Shown: positions 26,985 to 39,985, counted from the first letter of the stretch. The stretch is DNA of 64,000 bases from Octopus sinensis (GCF_006345805.1 NC_043001.1:108500001-108564000), one strand, 5' to 3'. The notes: a model not told the origin generated them from the letters alone. Numbers and translations: made by a program.

Positions 26985-27186
26985 GTAAGAATTGAATTTT
27001 TTTGTTTTTTAACATAACACTTGACATTAGATATGAATAGGCCCTTGAATATAACACTAACTTTAGCTATTTGTAGGTATGGGATACTTCATCATGCTAG
27101 CATAATATACTGTAAAGTATGTTAAATGTTTTTTACAAGTCAGTACCATGTTCTACTGTGTTAGCAGTGCTTTCCATATTATTTTG

Positions 27187-27894
27187 TTCACCCTTTCATT
27201 ACCAACCCGGCTGAAACCAGCTCTGGCTCTGTAGTACAAATGTTTTATCTTCATAAGTTTTGAATTAAAATCTTCCACCAAAATCTTTGTCACATTCCTA
27301 ACACTAGCATAATGATAATTAAGTTATTTTTACTAAATTCCTTGTTATATTTAAAATTAAACTGAATGAAATACAGAGCATCTCAAAATGAATACAGTAA
27401 TGAAAGGGTTAAAGTCACCCTTTTAATACCAACCTGGCTGAAACCAACTCTGGCTGTGTAGTACAAATGCCTTGTTTTTATAAGTTTTAAATTAAAATCT
27501 TCCACCAAACCTTAGTCACAATTTATGTTGCTAACACTAGCTGAAAGATAACTAAGTTATTTTACTAATTACTTTGTTATATTTAATGTAATTGAAAGAG
27601 ACACAGAGCATCTCAACAGGAATATGGTCACAAAAGGGTTAAAATATATAATAGAGAAACAATTCTTAACCCTTTCGTTACCAACCCGGCTGAAATCAGC
27701 TCTGGCTCTGTAGTACAAATACCTTGTCTTCATAAGTTTTGAATTAAAATCTTCCGGCAAACCTTAGTCACAATTTATGTTCATAACACCAGCTTAATGA
27801 TAACTAAGTTATAGTACTAAATTCTTTGTTATATTTAAAATACTTGAAATAAACACAGAGCATCTCAAAATAAATACAGTAACGAAAGGGTTAA
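27187..27894. mobile_element. Tandem trimer of the same piggyBac-like MITE in a USPL1 intron
   Basis: Three ~220-bp units starting CCCTTT and ending AAAGGG-TTAA (27191-27408, 27418-27638, 27670-27890). Confidence 0.8.
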
Positions 27895-28040
27895 ACAACG
27901 AAACAGCTTTGGAGGACCAAAAATTCCATATGAAATACAACAAAATTTGGAAAAGTAGTGACAATAGTTGAATGTTTAAACCAGATTTATACTATATTCT
28001 ATATGGGCTTGTATGAGAGAAAATATGATGCATCAGTTTA

Positions 28041-28553
28041 CTGTAAATCCTCAAGTATAGTCCGCCCGTGAGTATAATACGCAGGGAATTTTTAGGGGGC
28101 TGTACCTCTGAAAAACCTAAACCTTGTGTATAATACGCACCCCTTCTCTAACTTGAGTCAAGGAGGTCTATATAACGTCCTTGGTTTGTAAAAATGTATA
28201 CGGTAACGTCCTTTATTATTATTGTATATATAACATAATGCAAACGTGTAACTTTTTTGTACATTTTGTTTGCAGAAAATAAAGAAATAACAGTAATAAC
28301 ATTTAATAAATGTTGCTTACTGCAAGTTATGGATGATTCTTTTATGACTTCATTGCTTTCAGGCTTAGCTTAAGGTATTTTCGCGCCTGACATCACAAAA
28401 TGCGTCTGAATAAACATTGCCAGACAGCAAATAGAGACTCGGACATTGCTTAGAAAATATTTTTCATTTTTAACCTCGTATATAGTACACACTAGTGATT
28501 TTGACCTTTAAATTTTGGGAAAAAAAATGTGGATTATACTCGAGGATTTACGG
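28041..28553. mobile_element. Tc2/pogo-like MITE, copy 2
   Basis: Same TIRs and most internal sequence as 10623-11074, with TA flanks; ends 82 nt before the USPL1 exon at 28636. Confidence 0.8.
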
Positions 28554-28635
28554 TAAAAACTTTTTTTTTTATGTTAAATCTTCATAAATTTCTTAATTAA
28601 TCTAAATATTCAAGCAATTCTTTTTTATTCTTCAG

Positions 28636-29702
28636 TGTTTTTATCCTCTGAACCAATCACATAAAATAGTGCTTGTTGCCAGTAATAATATGTGCAGTGA
28701 CAATGAAATGGTCTCAGCATATCCCGAAGAGAAGGCTTTAGATGTAATATCTGCAGACACAGAACAGAACAACAGTGGTTCTTCAGTGACTGAAGATGGT
28801 GTGGCACACGAAGAACCAGCTGTTGCTGATATTTCAGATTCAAATAATGCTTTAATGAATTTACCAAAATCTATGGAATCAATTATCAGGAAAGTTGCTT
28901 TGGCCAACAAGAACTTCACCAGTTTATTGCCTAAAAATTTTCTTGAATCATTGTCTCCACCATCCGTATCATCATCATCATCATTAGTAGCACCAGCAGC
29001 AGCAGCAGTAGCAGCATCATCATCGTCATCATTATCACTGTTGCCATCGTCACCACTTCCGTCATTAAAGAAAACGCTTAAACGGAAGATCGTTGATGTG
29101 AAAAACAACAGTTCAACTGTAACTGCAAGTCTGCCACCCCATTTGCAGCAAAGGAAACTGAACGTAAATGTTGCACCGAACAAACAAGTGCACTATTTGC
29201 AGTGGCCGAATAGCCAGGCTCTGTGCTGGCTTGATGTCATCTTATGTCTATTCGTACACAACAAAATGCTAAAAGCTCGAGTCAGGCAGCTCCCGCCCCA
29301 AGATAGATCTGTTCTTAAGACCCTGTTTAAGGCCTACACTCAGGCCATGAAATTATTTAATGGCACAAACCAACCAGAAAAAGGACAGCCGACTGCTAAG
29401 GGCCCTAACTCTTCAATCCCGGCATCTGATTTACCCATGGCCATTCTCAAGAAAGCCATGTTGGACAACTCTGTAGCTGTGAAAGGACCCAAGAAGAAAG
29501 CTGTTAAACTATTACTCAACGTCCGTGAAGCCGTGTGGAAACAGCTACAAACGAAGCTGCTGTGCAAGAAAGGTACGAACGATGGTCCTGTCTTCGCTCT
29601 CATTTCTCTTGAGAAACAGGAACCAGCTTTACGTGATGTATTTACCATGGATTACATTTTGGAATTTCTCTGTAAGCAGTGTGAGCATCGTGTCACATCC
29701 AG
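28636..29702 (+). CDS. USPL1: USPL1-like coding exon 2 (catalytic Cys box)
   Basis: Acceptor ttcttcag ends at 28635; in frame with ORF 28669..29706. Contains YLQWPNSQALCWLDVILCLFVH (USPL1/peptidase C98 Cys box, Cys codon 29224-29226) and FLCKQCEH. Donor AG|gtaagc at 29703 (phase 2). Confidence 0.93.
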
Positions 29703-30778
29703 GTAAGCGGCATATTTTCTACATAATCATTTTACATTTTGTGTAAATTTCTCTTGATTTTTATAGGCGCTCCTCTCTCTAAAGTGGTTGGCATTAAGAA
29801 GGACATCCAGCTATAAAAATCCTGCCAAAGCAGACCTAACTGGTGCTGGTGCTACATGAAAAACACCCAGTCTCCTCTGTGAAGTGGTTGGCATTAGGAA
29901 GGGCATCCAGCCATAGAAACCATGCCAGAAAGGACAGAGGAGCTTGGTGCAGTCCTCTGACTTGCCAGCTCTCATTGAACTGTCCCTGATCCATGCATTT
30001 CTAAACCCATCATCATATGACTATATCCACTACAACAGCCTTATATAAAGTCATTACAGTCACCTCTCTCTCTCTCTCTCTCTCTGCTTAAGGTTAAATA
30101 AGGTAGCTACCATTTCACTACGAACCACTGACAGCCAGAAACATACCACCAGTTAGAATGTTAGAATCCATGATGTGGTCTTGCACTTAACAGAGGGGCA
30201 GTAATTTATCGGGAACAAGATCAAAAATCAAATCAAGATCGAAAGCAAAATGGAAATTGCAGTTGTGGCCATTGCCAGTGCCACCTTCACTGGCTTCTGT
30301 GCTGGTGGCACGTAAAAAGCACCAACCCGGTCGTGGCCGTTGCCAGCCTCGCCTGGCACCTGTACCGGTGGCACGTAAAAAGCACCCACTACACTCACGG
30401 AGTGGTTGGCGTTAGGAAGGGCATCCAGCTGTAGAAACACTGCCAGATCAGACTGGAGCCTATGCAGTCTCCTGGCTTCCCAGACCCCAGTCGAACCGTC
30501 CAACCCATGCTAGCATGGAAAACGGTCGTTAAACGATGATGATGGTGATGATTGTGAAGGCGGTGAGCTGACAGAATCCTTAGCATGCTGAATGAAATGC
30601 TTAGCGACATTTTGCCCATCGCTACGTTCTGAGTTCAAATTCCACCAAGGTCGACTTTGCCTTTCATCCTTTCAGGGTCGATAAATTAAGGACCAGAGAA
30701 ACACTGGGGGTTGATGTAATCAACTTAATCCCCTCCCCCAAGCTGCCCGTGTAGCAAAAATTTCAAATTAATTTATCA

Positions 30779-30833
<55 letters not shown>

Positions 30834-32401
30834 TACTACTATTACTACTATTATAGCATCAAGTTGGCAGAATTGTTAGCACACTGGACAACATGCTTAG
30901 CAGTATTTCGCCTGTCGCTACGTTCTGAGTTCAAATTCCACCAAGGTTGATTTTTGCCTTTCATATTTTCGGGGTCGATAAAATAAGTACCAGTTACATA
31001 CTGGGGTCGATGTAATCGACTCATCCCCTCCCCCAATATTGCTACCCTTGTAGCAAAATTTGAAACTATTATTATTATTATAATTATTATTATTATTATT
31101 ATTATTATGGAAATTGCAGTTGTGGCCATTGCCAGTGCCACCTTCACTGGCTTCTGTGCTGGTGGCACGTAAAAAGCACCAACCCGGTCGTGGCCGTTGC
31201 CAGCCTCACCTGGCACCTGTACCGGTGGCACCTGTGCGGTAGCACATAAGAAGCACCATCCGAATGTGGCCGATGCCAGCGCTGCCCCGACTGGCTTCTG
31301 TGCCGGTGGCACATAAAAAGCACCATCCAAACGTGGCCGTTGCCAGCGCCGCCATGGCTGCTTCCGTGCCGGTGGCACGTTAAAAGCTCCAACTGATCGT
31401 GGCCGATGCCGGACCCCCCTGGCACCTGTGCAGGTGGCACGTAAAAAGCACCCACTACACTCGCGGAGTGGTTGGCGTTAGGAAGGGCATCCAGCTGTAG
31501 AAACTCTACCAGATCAGACTGGAGCCTGGTGCAGCCCCTGGCTTCCCAGACCCCGGTCGAACCGTCCAACCCGTGCTAGCGCGGAAAACGGACGTTAAAC
31601 GATGATGATAATGATGATGATTATTATTATTATTATTATTATTCGTTATTATTTCGTTCATGTCACCTTTTACTCTCTTCAACCTTTTTAGCCATATACT
31701 AGGACAGATTTCACATTATTATTATTATTATTATTATTATTACAGAGTCCAGTCTTAGCATTAAAACTGTATTACTTCCAGATCAACTCAAGTTTTGCAA
31801 ATGTCCTAGAAGCATTGAAAGGCTTGTTCATCAGAATATTTACCATTTACTTCCAACGCCATGGTTGCTGGATCTACTAGAAATAACAACCAAATCTTTA
31901 AATTACAGCCTCAGCAAACTCTCTTGAAAAGTGAGGGACACATTGGGCAATGTAGTCCTTGATGTGCTATGCTCAATAGAGAGACGGAATGGCCATGATA
32001 GGGCTGTGAATGTGCATGGCAAGATCACTGCTTTGTCTGGTGTAGAGGAAAGCTGCAGAGATAAGATCTTCATAGAACGACCTAAAAGACTGGCATCTCT
32101 TATAATATATCGCTATAGGCACAAGGCCTGAAATTGTCGCAAGAAGACTCACTCACTCATGAAAGTCTGTCTATTGTGTAAGGTAAACTGTTCTGCTTGT
32201 CTCAGTCCTCTTAACTGAAAAACAAGATCACTCTCCATTCTCCTCTCTCTCTCTCTTTTCTTTTTTCTCTTTTCCAGTTGGGGTGGCCATGTATCTCCTC
32301 CACAACAAGTCTCCTGTTTCTCTTCTTTTATTCAAACCCTTACCCCTCATCACTTGGCACAAAGCCACCTCCCTCAGTAATACTTCCCTTCTATGTGATA
32401 G

Positions 32402-32633
32402 AAGGCGGCGAGCTGGCAGAATCGTTAGCACGCTCGGCGAAATGTGTAGCCGTATTTCGTCTACCGTTACGTTCTGGGTTCAAATTCCACCGAGGTCGAC
32501 TTTGCATTTCAACCTTTCGGGGTCGATTAAATAAGTACCAGTTACACACTGGGGTCAATGTAATCGACTTAATCCGTTTAATCTGTCCTTGTTTGTCCCC
32601 TCTGTGTTTAGCCCCTTGTGGGTAGTAAAGAAA
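32402..32633 (+). mobile_element. SINE family D; copies at 2175-2408(-), 4598-4810(+), 12600-13010(-), 30557-30770(+), 30860-31065(+), 46590-46790(-), 48750-49105(-), 56540-56655(-)
   Basis: GGCGGCGAGCTGGCAGAATCGTTAGCAC head, GAGTTCAAATTCC B-box-like motif, central GGTCGACTTTGCCTTTCATCCTTTCGGGGTCGATAAATAAGTACCAG (recalls MetaSINE/Sauria-type central domains; unverified). Confidence 0.8.
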
Positions 32634-35600
32634 TATATATGTTGAAGGGATCTCACTCTTGCAAATCACTTGGTGACCTCACTGGTGCCGGTGCCACATA
32701 AAAAGCACCCAGAACTCACTGTAAAGTGGTTGGCATTAGGAAAGGTGCCCAGCCACAAAAACCATGTCAAAGCAGACTGTACAGTCCTCAGACTCACCAG
32801 CTGTGGAATTGTCCAAATCATGTCAGCATGGAAAATGGATGTTGAATAATGGTGATGATCATCATCATTCACATTAAAATAATAAATGCATCTTTTAAAG
32901 CCTAGCCAGGCTCATGGGCCCGGTTTCCCGGTTTCAATGGCGTATGTGTTCCCCAGGTGGATGGGACGCCAGTCCATCGCAGCGTTACTCCTTTTTGCCA
33001 GCTGAGTGGACTGGAGCAACGTGAAATGAAGTGTTTTGCTCAAGAACACAACGTGTCGCCCGGTCGAGGAATCGAAACCACAATCTTACGATCATGATGC
33101 TGACACCCTAACCACTAAGCCACGTGCCTCCACCCTCATTCACATTATTTAGTTATAATTATTTCCCTTTCTGTTGATTCGAAGGAGACTAATGTCAAAT
33201 TAAGATGGCGCTATTAGAGTTGTGCAATAAATTAGAAAAAAAGTAGTGTCATTCTTTCAATATGACTCGACAAAATCAAAACACTTCAATTTGGCTGTTG
33301 CCATAGAAGCATGTGTCAACTGTGAGTTGACGAAATGGGAGGAAGAGGAGGAGGAGAGAGCTAATGGGTTGTACGTGTGTGCTTGTTCTTGTCTGTGTGT
33401 GTGCCTGTTATGTTTTCATGTATTTGTGTATTGTGGAATATAGGTATAATGAAATTATTTTACATACACACATGAAGCAGGTAAGAACAAATATGCAAGG
33501 CCTTTTTTTCCTTCAAGTTTAAAACAAGACATTGCTGACATAATTTCGTTATATCTATACTCCACAGCACACAAATGCATAAAAACAAAACAGGCACACA
33601 CACAGACAAGAACAAGCACACACAGACACAAGCGAACAAGCACGCACGCACACACACACACACAACCCATTATCTTTCTTCTCTTTCTCTTCCCATTTCG
33701 TCAACTGACAGTTGACAACAACCACAGAAAGAGCCAAATTGAAGTGTTTTGATTTTGTCGAGCCATACCAAAAGAATACCAATGTAGTCTTCTACACAGC
33801 ATAAATGGTGGGAAATTGTAAAGTAAACTTGTAAAGAAGAGAAATATCCCAAGAAATATGTTTATTCAAATATATCATCTTTATGATTATCTAATGTTTC
33901 TGTTTTTGTTTGTTTTTAAAGACAGTAGGGTATGATTTGGTTGTTATTTCTAGCAGTTTGCGTGACTACTTAGAGGCTCATTTATCAGCTTGTTTTTGAT
34001 TTTAACATCATCGTCATCATTTAGCGTCTGTTTTCCATGCTGGCATGGGTTGGAAAGTTTGACTGAAAACTGGTAATCCAGGGAGCTCCACTCGTTTCCA
34101 GTCTGATTTGGCATGGTTTCTACAGCTGGATGCCCTTCCTAACATCAACCCTAAAGTGTATTGGGTTCCCTCCATGTTACACTTGTGGCGGTGACATGTA
34201 TAAAGCACCCAAATCAGATTGGAACCTGGTGTCCAGTTCTTTTATATCGTGTAGGCTGTTGAAGGTAACAAGTACTGGAATGCTGTGATACCTATGTGAT
34301 GCTAGTTGGACTGAACCAATGCTAACATCTTAACCCTCAATGTATTACTGGTGACAGGATATGAATCTTGAAACTCTTGTTTGTCTTTAGTTTACTGTGT
34401 TTAAAATAATGTGCAGCTTGTGCTCTCTTTCTCTCTTTTTGGGTATGTATATATATATATATATATATATAAAATATTAATGATAATAATAATAATAATA
34501 ACATTAGGGAATATGATTCCAAACTTACAGGGAAAAATTCAATTTAGTGATACTAAATCAAATTTCACAATATATAATACATGTATATAAATTAGAGAAG
34601 AACCACCATGTAGCAATTAAACAATGATATACTTCAATCATACCATATAGAAAAAAATTAAAGATACGATAAAACATTTACCTAGAACTAAATAAAGTAC
34701 TAAATAATAAATAAGTAGTATATAATTTTAATTATTTTCTATATGGTATGATTTAAATATATCATTGTTGAATTGCTTCATGGTGGTTCTTCTCTAATTT
34801 ATATATATATATATATATATATATAGGTATAAAAATTATATATAAAAAAAGGAACAAGAACGTGAAATGCACAAAGAGATGATTACAAAAAACGGACGGG
34901 TCATTCGAAGCCTTTAATCTTCAGTCAGAAACCGGATCATCATAGCAAATTTCGGCTGATTAATTCTGATATTGCTCCGACACGGCCAGCCCCAATGAAA
35001 AACTAAGCTGCGAGCATTAGATTTCTTGGAAAAAGGAACGAATGTAAACGAAACAAGGACAGAAAAACGGACGAAGCCACACGAATATAAATACAAAAAC
35101 AAAAATAAAAATAAAAACAAAAACAAGAATGGTAATAACAGGACAACGGCAGGTGTCTTACGACTTTAGACAAATTTAACTTATCTAGCAGGCGTGTTTT
35201 GAAAAAATGCCTTTTCGGCAATACCCTTTCACCCTCTCTTTCTCTCTTCTCTCTTACTCTCTTTCTCTCTTCCTCTCTCTCCTCACATACCCACCTTCCC
35301 CTCCCCCCCTTAAACCCACCCACCCCTACACATCCCTACTCCACATTCCCTATCCTTCCTATCCCCCATCCTATCCCACACCCCTCCCCCAAATACCCCA
35401 CCTGTACCCCACAACTTCTGCCTACCCACAAACCCCAACTCTACCCCAACCCCCAGCCGCACCCACACCCCACCCGTGCTTTCCCCACTCTCGCCTCCCC
35501 CACCTCCCAACAACACACCACACCACACTACACCATACAGCATTACACATCACATCACATCACATCACACCACCCACACACCCATCCCCACATCTTCACA

Positions 35601-37020
35601 CCTACACATACATACACGCACACGTCCAAACCACCAGCCCTTTCTTCACATGCACATACATACTCTCTTATACACACACGCACCTTTGTGTTGGGGGTCA
35701 TCTTTACCTTGTTATCTCCCCTACTTTCCTTCCTGTATTTGACCCTTCTGTCCAGCACTAGTCGCCATGATATATCGTTAGCCACTACACACATTTTTTT
35801 CTCTCCTTGTTTTTTCTGTGCCCCTTTCTGTAGAAGAGCATAGGCTCTAAACGTAAAAGACTTTTTCTATTCCTGAGCGTTATACTAATGCATTTGTTTG
35901 TTTTGTACACCACCTGTCTTTGTATAACGCTCAGGAATAGAAAAAGTCTTTTACGTTTTGAGCCTACGCTCTTCTACAGAAAGGGACACAGAAAAAACAA
36001 GAAGCAATGACTAGTGACTGAGACCTTTTGCGATGTGCTGTGCTTGAGAGGCCCCGACAAGCCAAGTGCACCCGTGCTGGTGGCACATATAGAACACCTT
36101 CATGCATTGGGCCTCATGGAAGCAATGGCTGAGATCTTTAACATTATGTCATGCTTAAGGGGACCCATCAAGCCGAGCAAAGTCACAGTTGTGGCAGATA
36201 TCTGTGTCATGCAAATTGGCACCCATGCCGGTGGCACGTAAAAACACCCAGGTGTAACGCAAATGGCACCGTGCTGGTGGCACATAAAAGCACCAATTAA
36301 ACTCTTGGAGTGGTTGGCATTAGGAAATGCATCTCAGCCGTAGAAAACTATGGTAAATCAGATTGGAGTCTGGCGCAGCCTTCCAGCGTGCCAGCCCGGT
36401 CAAACCGTCCAGCCCATGCCAGCATGGACAACGGACGTTAAATGATGATGATGATAATGTCTCTTATTCTTCCTGAAGTTAAAAAATTTGATTGTAAGGC
36501 AGAATTACGTTTTGTAGTATTTAGTTATCTCCCTTTATGACTAATGCCAATACAGAGACAACACAGACGTTCGATCGTCGCTTCTCGATTTCTTCTCATA
36601 CCAAGGACAAACAGGAACACACACACACTCTCTCTCTCTTTCCCCTCTTAGATACAAATACATACATATATGATGGGTTTTTTTCCGTTTTCATCTACCA
36701 AACCCCATCACAAGGCTTTGTTCAACCCAGAGCGATAGTAGAAGACACCTGCCCAAGGTGCCATGCAGTGGGACTGAACCCTCGAACCTTCAGATTGCGA
36801 AGGAAACTTCTTACCTCGTATCCATTCATTTACTCATTTATTTACTTGTTCTGCTGCCATGCTGGAGCACTGCATTTAGTCGAACAAATCGACCCCAGGT
36901 CTTATTCTTTGTGAGCCTAGTACTTATTCTATCGATCTCTTTTTGCCGAACCGCTAAGTTACAGGAACGTAAACGCACCAACATCGGTTGTCAAGTGATG
37001 GTGAGGTAGGGGACAAACAC

Positions 37021-37061
<41 letters not shown>

Positions 37062-37371
37062 CACACACACAACGGGCTTCTTTCAGTTTCCGTCTGACAA
37101 ATCCACTGACAAGGCTTTGGTCGGCCTGAGGCTATAGTAGAAGACACTTGCCCAAGGTGCCACGCAATGGAACTGAACTTGGAACCATGTGGTGGGGAAG
37201 CAAACTTCTTACCATGCAGCCACGCCTAAGTAAATTTAACCTCCCTTGGTTCAGAAAACTCTGAATCGAAGCTGATCTAGGGGTTTTGAAAGATGGAAGA
37301 TAGGAGGGGAAGAAGGAGTTGTAGTGAAATGTAAACTTTATTATTATTATTGTTTAATTTCTCTCTTTCAG

Positions 37372-37494
37372 TCACACCAAAATGTTGCCTACTTTGGAAG
37401 CTGCTGCAGATTTTTCAATGTATAATATGCAACACATTGTTAAATGTTCCAACTGCAACTGTCGAAACCAGTGTCGCACCCTGAAACCCATCAA
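37372..37494 (+). CDS. USPL1: USPL1-like coding exon 3 (finger subdomain, CxxC)
   Basis: Acceptor ctctctttcag, donor AA|gtaagt, phase 2/2, 123 nt. Encodes (S)HTKMLPTLEAAADFSMYNMQHIVKCSNCNCRNQCRTLKPI(K), aligning with the USPL1 H..CxxC region. Not present in the ORF track. Confidence 0.88.
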
Positions 37495-38235
37495 GTAAGT
37501 TACCTTTACAGTTTAATTAGCTTTCTCTAATTATATCATCATGTTTTCCTTATCATCATTTAACGTCCGCTTTCCGTGCTAGGCAATGACTAGTGACCGA
37601 GACTTTTGGAAATATGCTGTGCTTGAGAAGACTCGGCAAGCCAAGTGAGACCATAACCTCATGGCCTATGCCAAGGGTGTAACCAGCCCACTTATGTGTA
37701 CCTTTCCTTCATTGGACACTCAACTCTGCTTGCGAAGACCTGTTGAGGCAAGTGAAATCGAAATCAAATTTGATGACTGGCATCTGTGCTAGTGGAGCGC
37801 TAAGAGCACCATCCGAGCATGATCGTTGCCAGAGCAGCTAACTGGCTTCAGTGTCAGTGGCACGTAAAAAGCACCATTTGCGCGTGATCGTTACCAGTGT
37901 GGCCTTACTGACACTTGTGCTGGTGGCAGCCATCTGGTTCATCAGACCTCAGTCAAATCATCCAACCCATGCTAGCATGGAAAGCAGATGTTAAACGATG
38001 ATGATGATGATGACAACAAGCATTAAATTATCATATTTTCTGTCATACAAGCCAACATAGTATGTAGTGTAAGCATCCAAGCATTGTCTCTATCTTTTGA
38101 AATTCTGCTGCATTTCACATTGAATTTTGGGACCTGCAAAATCATTTTGGTGTCCTAAGTCAACTTACCTTTTTTGGCAGTAAATTTGGCAGAAAAAATT
38201 TGACTTGTATGCCAGAAAATATAGTATATCTTTTT

Positions 38236-38503
38236 AAGATTCATTTTGAATTTTACAAAGTGGAAGAATGTCTTTTTTTTTTTTTTTTTATATTTCCGGT
38301 ATTGCTAAAATAAATACCAGTTATGTAATGAGAATGTGAGCAGGGCAGTCAGATGGACTATATTCTCTCTCTAGTATAGTATATAGCCTTTCAAGATTCA
38401 GTTTGAATTTTACAAAAGGAAGAAGGTCTTTTTGTTATATTTCCGGTATTGCTAAAAGAAATACCAGTTATGTAATGAGAATGTAGGGAAGGCAGTCAGA
38501 TGG
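38236..38503 (+). repeat. Direct duplication of ~115 bp upstream of the USPL1 His-box exon
   Basis: AAGATTCA.TTTGAATTTTACAAA...TATATTTCCGGTATTGCTAAAA.AAATACCAGTTATGTAATGAGAATGT...GGCAGTCAGATGG at 38236-38356 and 38393-38503. Confidence 0.85.
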
Positions 38504-38612
38504 TCAATACTGTCTCCCTACACCATGCAAGATTAGTAACATTGTCTCCAAGTTTGAAATCACCACCACCACCACCATCATTATTCATATGTTCCCTCCT
38601 TTCTGATTCCAG

Positions 38613-38770
38613 GTTTGGAAACTCTATTTTATTACACTTCTTGAAAGGGATTCCATTTGAAGATTTATCCAAATTGAATTTTACCCATAATTCCATTCAC
38701 TATCATGTCGTTGGGATTGTTCAATATACAAATGATCCTGACCACTTCATTGCTTGGATCAAATATTCAG
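38613..38770 (+). CDS. USPL1: USPL1-like coding exon 4 (catalytic His box)
   Basis: Acceptor ttctgattccag, donor G|gtgagt, phase 2/1. Encodes FGNSILLHFLKGIP...YHVVGIVQYTNDPDHFIAWIKYS; His codon at 38743-38745. Confidence 0.92.
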
Positions 38771-39516
38771 GTGAGTGGCTTTTTTTTTTCTTTGCTTTTG
38801 TTTCTTTTGCCAAAGAACTTCTTTTATTCATTGTTTACAGGTAATAATGCCAAGTGAAATCAAATCAAAATCGCTTATGTCGCTGATGACAGTACTGCCT
38901 GATTGGCCCTCATGCCAGTGGAATGTTAAAAGCACCCTCTGAGCGGATTGGCTCCTGTGCAGGTAGTACGTAAAAAGCACCTTTTGAGCGTGGTCATTGC
39001 CAGAACCGCCTGACTGGCCCTCATGCCAGTGGCACGTTAAAAGCACCCACAACACTCTAGGAGTGGTTGGCATTAGGAAGGGCATCCAGCTGTAGAAACT
39101 TTGCCAGAACAGATTGGAACCTGGTGAAGCCTTCTGGTTTGCTAGTCCTCAATCAAACCATCCAACCCATGCCAGCATATAAAGCAGACGTTATATGACG
39201 ATGATGATATTAAAGATGTCCAGAGTTGTTGGCACTGGGGACAAAATGCTCTGCAGCATTTCATCCTTTCATGGTTGATGAAATAAATACCAGCTGAGTA
39301 CTAGGATTTCATGTAATTGACTGGCCCCTTTCTCCAAAATTTCAGGCCTTGTGCCTATAGTAGAAAGAGTCATAATTATTTGGCATTAGGAAGGGCATCC
39401 AGCTGTAGAAATTCTGCCAGATCAGACTGGAGCCTGGTGCAGCCATCTGGTTCACCAGTCCTCAGTCAAATCGTCCAACCCATGCTAGCATGGAAAGTGG
39501 ACATTAAACAACGATG

Positions 39517-39549
<33 letters not shown>

Positions 39550-39571
39550 ATCATCATTATTATTATTATTT

Positions 39572-39985
39572 TTGAGTGAGAGAGCAGTTCATGCCATCAA
39601 AGTGACACTGGGGTAAAATATATGAAGCCCAATATACCCATCATGACTACCCGTCTGATAAGGGTACACCAGGCAGATGCATCACAACCATATGTGCGCG
39701 ACATGGTGATCTATCAAGGTAAACAGCGCATGACCTTGCAGGTGGAGCCCAGTTAGAATTTTCTTCAGGTCGAGTAGCCCATCCCGCTCAAAAGGTCCCT
39801 GAATAAGGGTTGTTTAAGGATGTTGAAAGAACCACCCATGTTTCCAGAGGTGAATTATTCAAACCCCAAAGAATCCCTCTCAACACATGGCTATGATGCT
39901 CCCCCACTACTTCTGCTCGTGATCAGAGATGCACATATCATCAGCCACTGAGGGACATGCTCAACTGGTTAAGGTCAAACAACTA
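39572..39985 (-). mobile_element. Retroposon 3' end with (TAA)n tail; partial copies at 4812-4925 and 6054-6120
   Basis: ATGCCATCAAAGTGACACTGGGGTA and TCTGATAAGGGTACAC...CCCAGTTAGAATTTTCT recur; two of the copies abut (TTA)n tracts. Confidence 0.6.

Noticed and set aside
31140-31460. CRISPR-like repeat/spacer appearance of GTGCCGGTGGCACGTAAAAAGCACC units
   Set aside because: Eukaryotic context, the spacers are homologous to each other, there are no cas genes, and the units belong to the RTE 3' UTR.
35199-35843. 214-aa Pro/His/Thr-rich ORF
   Set aside because: C/A-rich low-complexity intronic sequence leading into a pLTR-like repeat; no domain signal or splice support.
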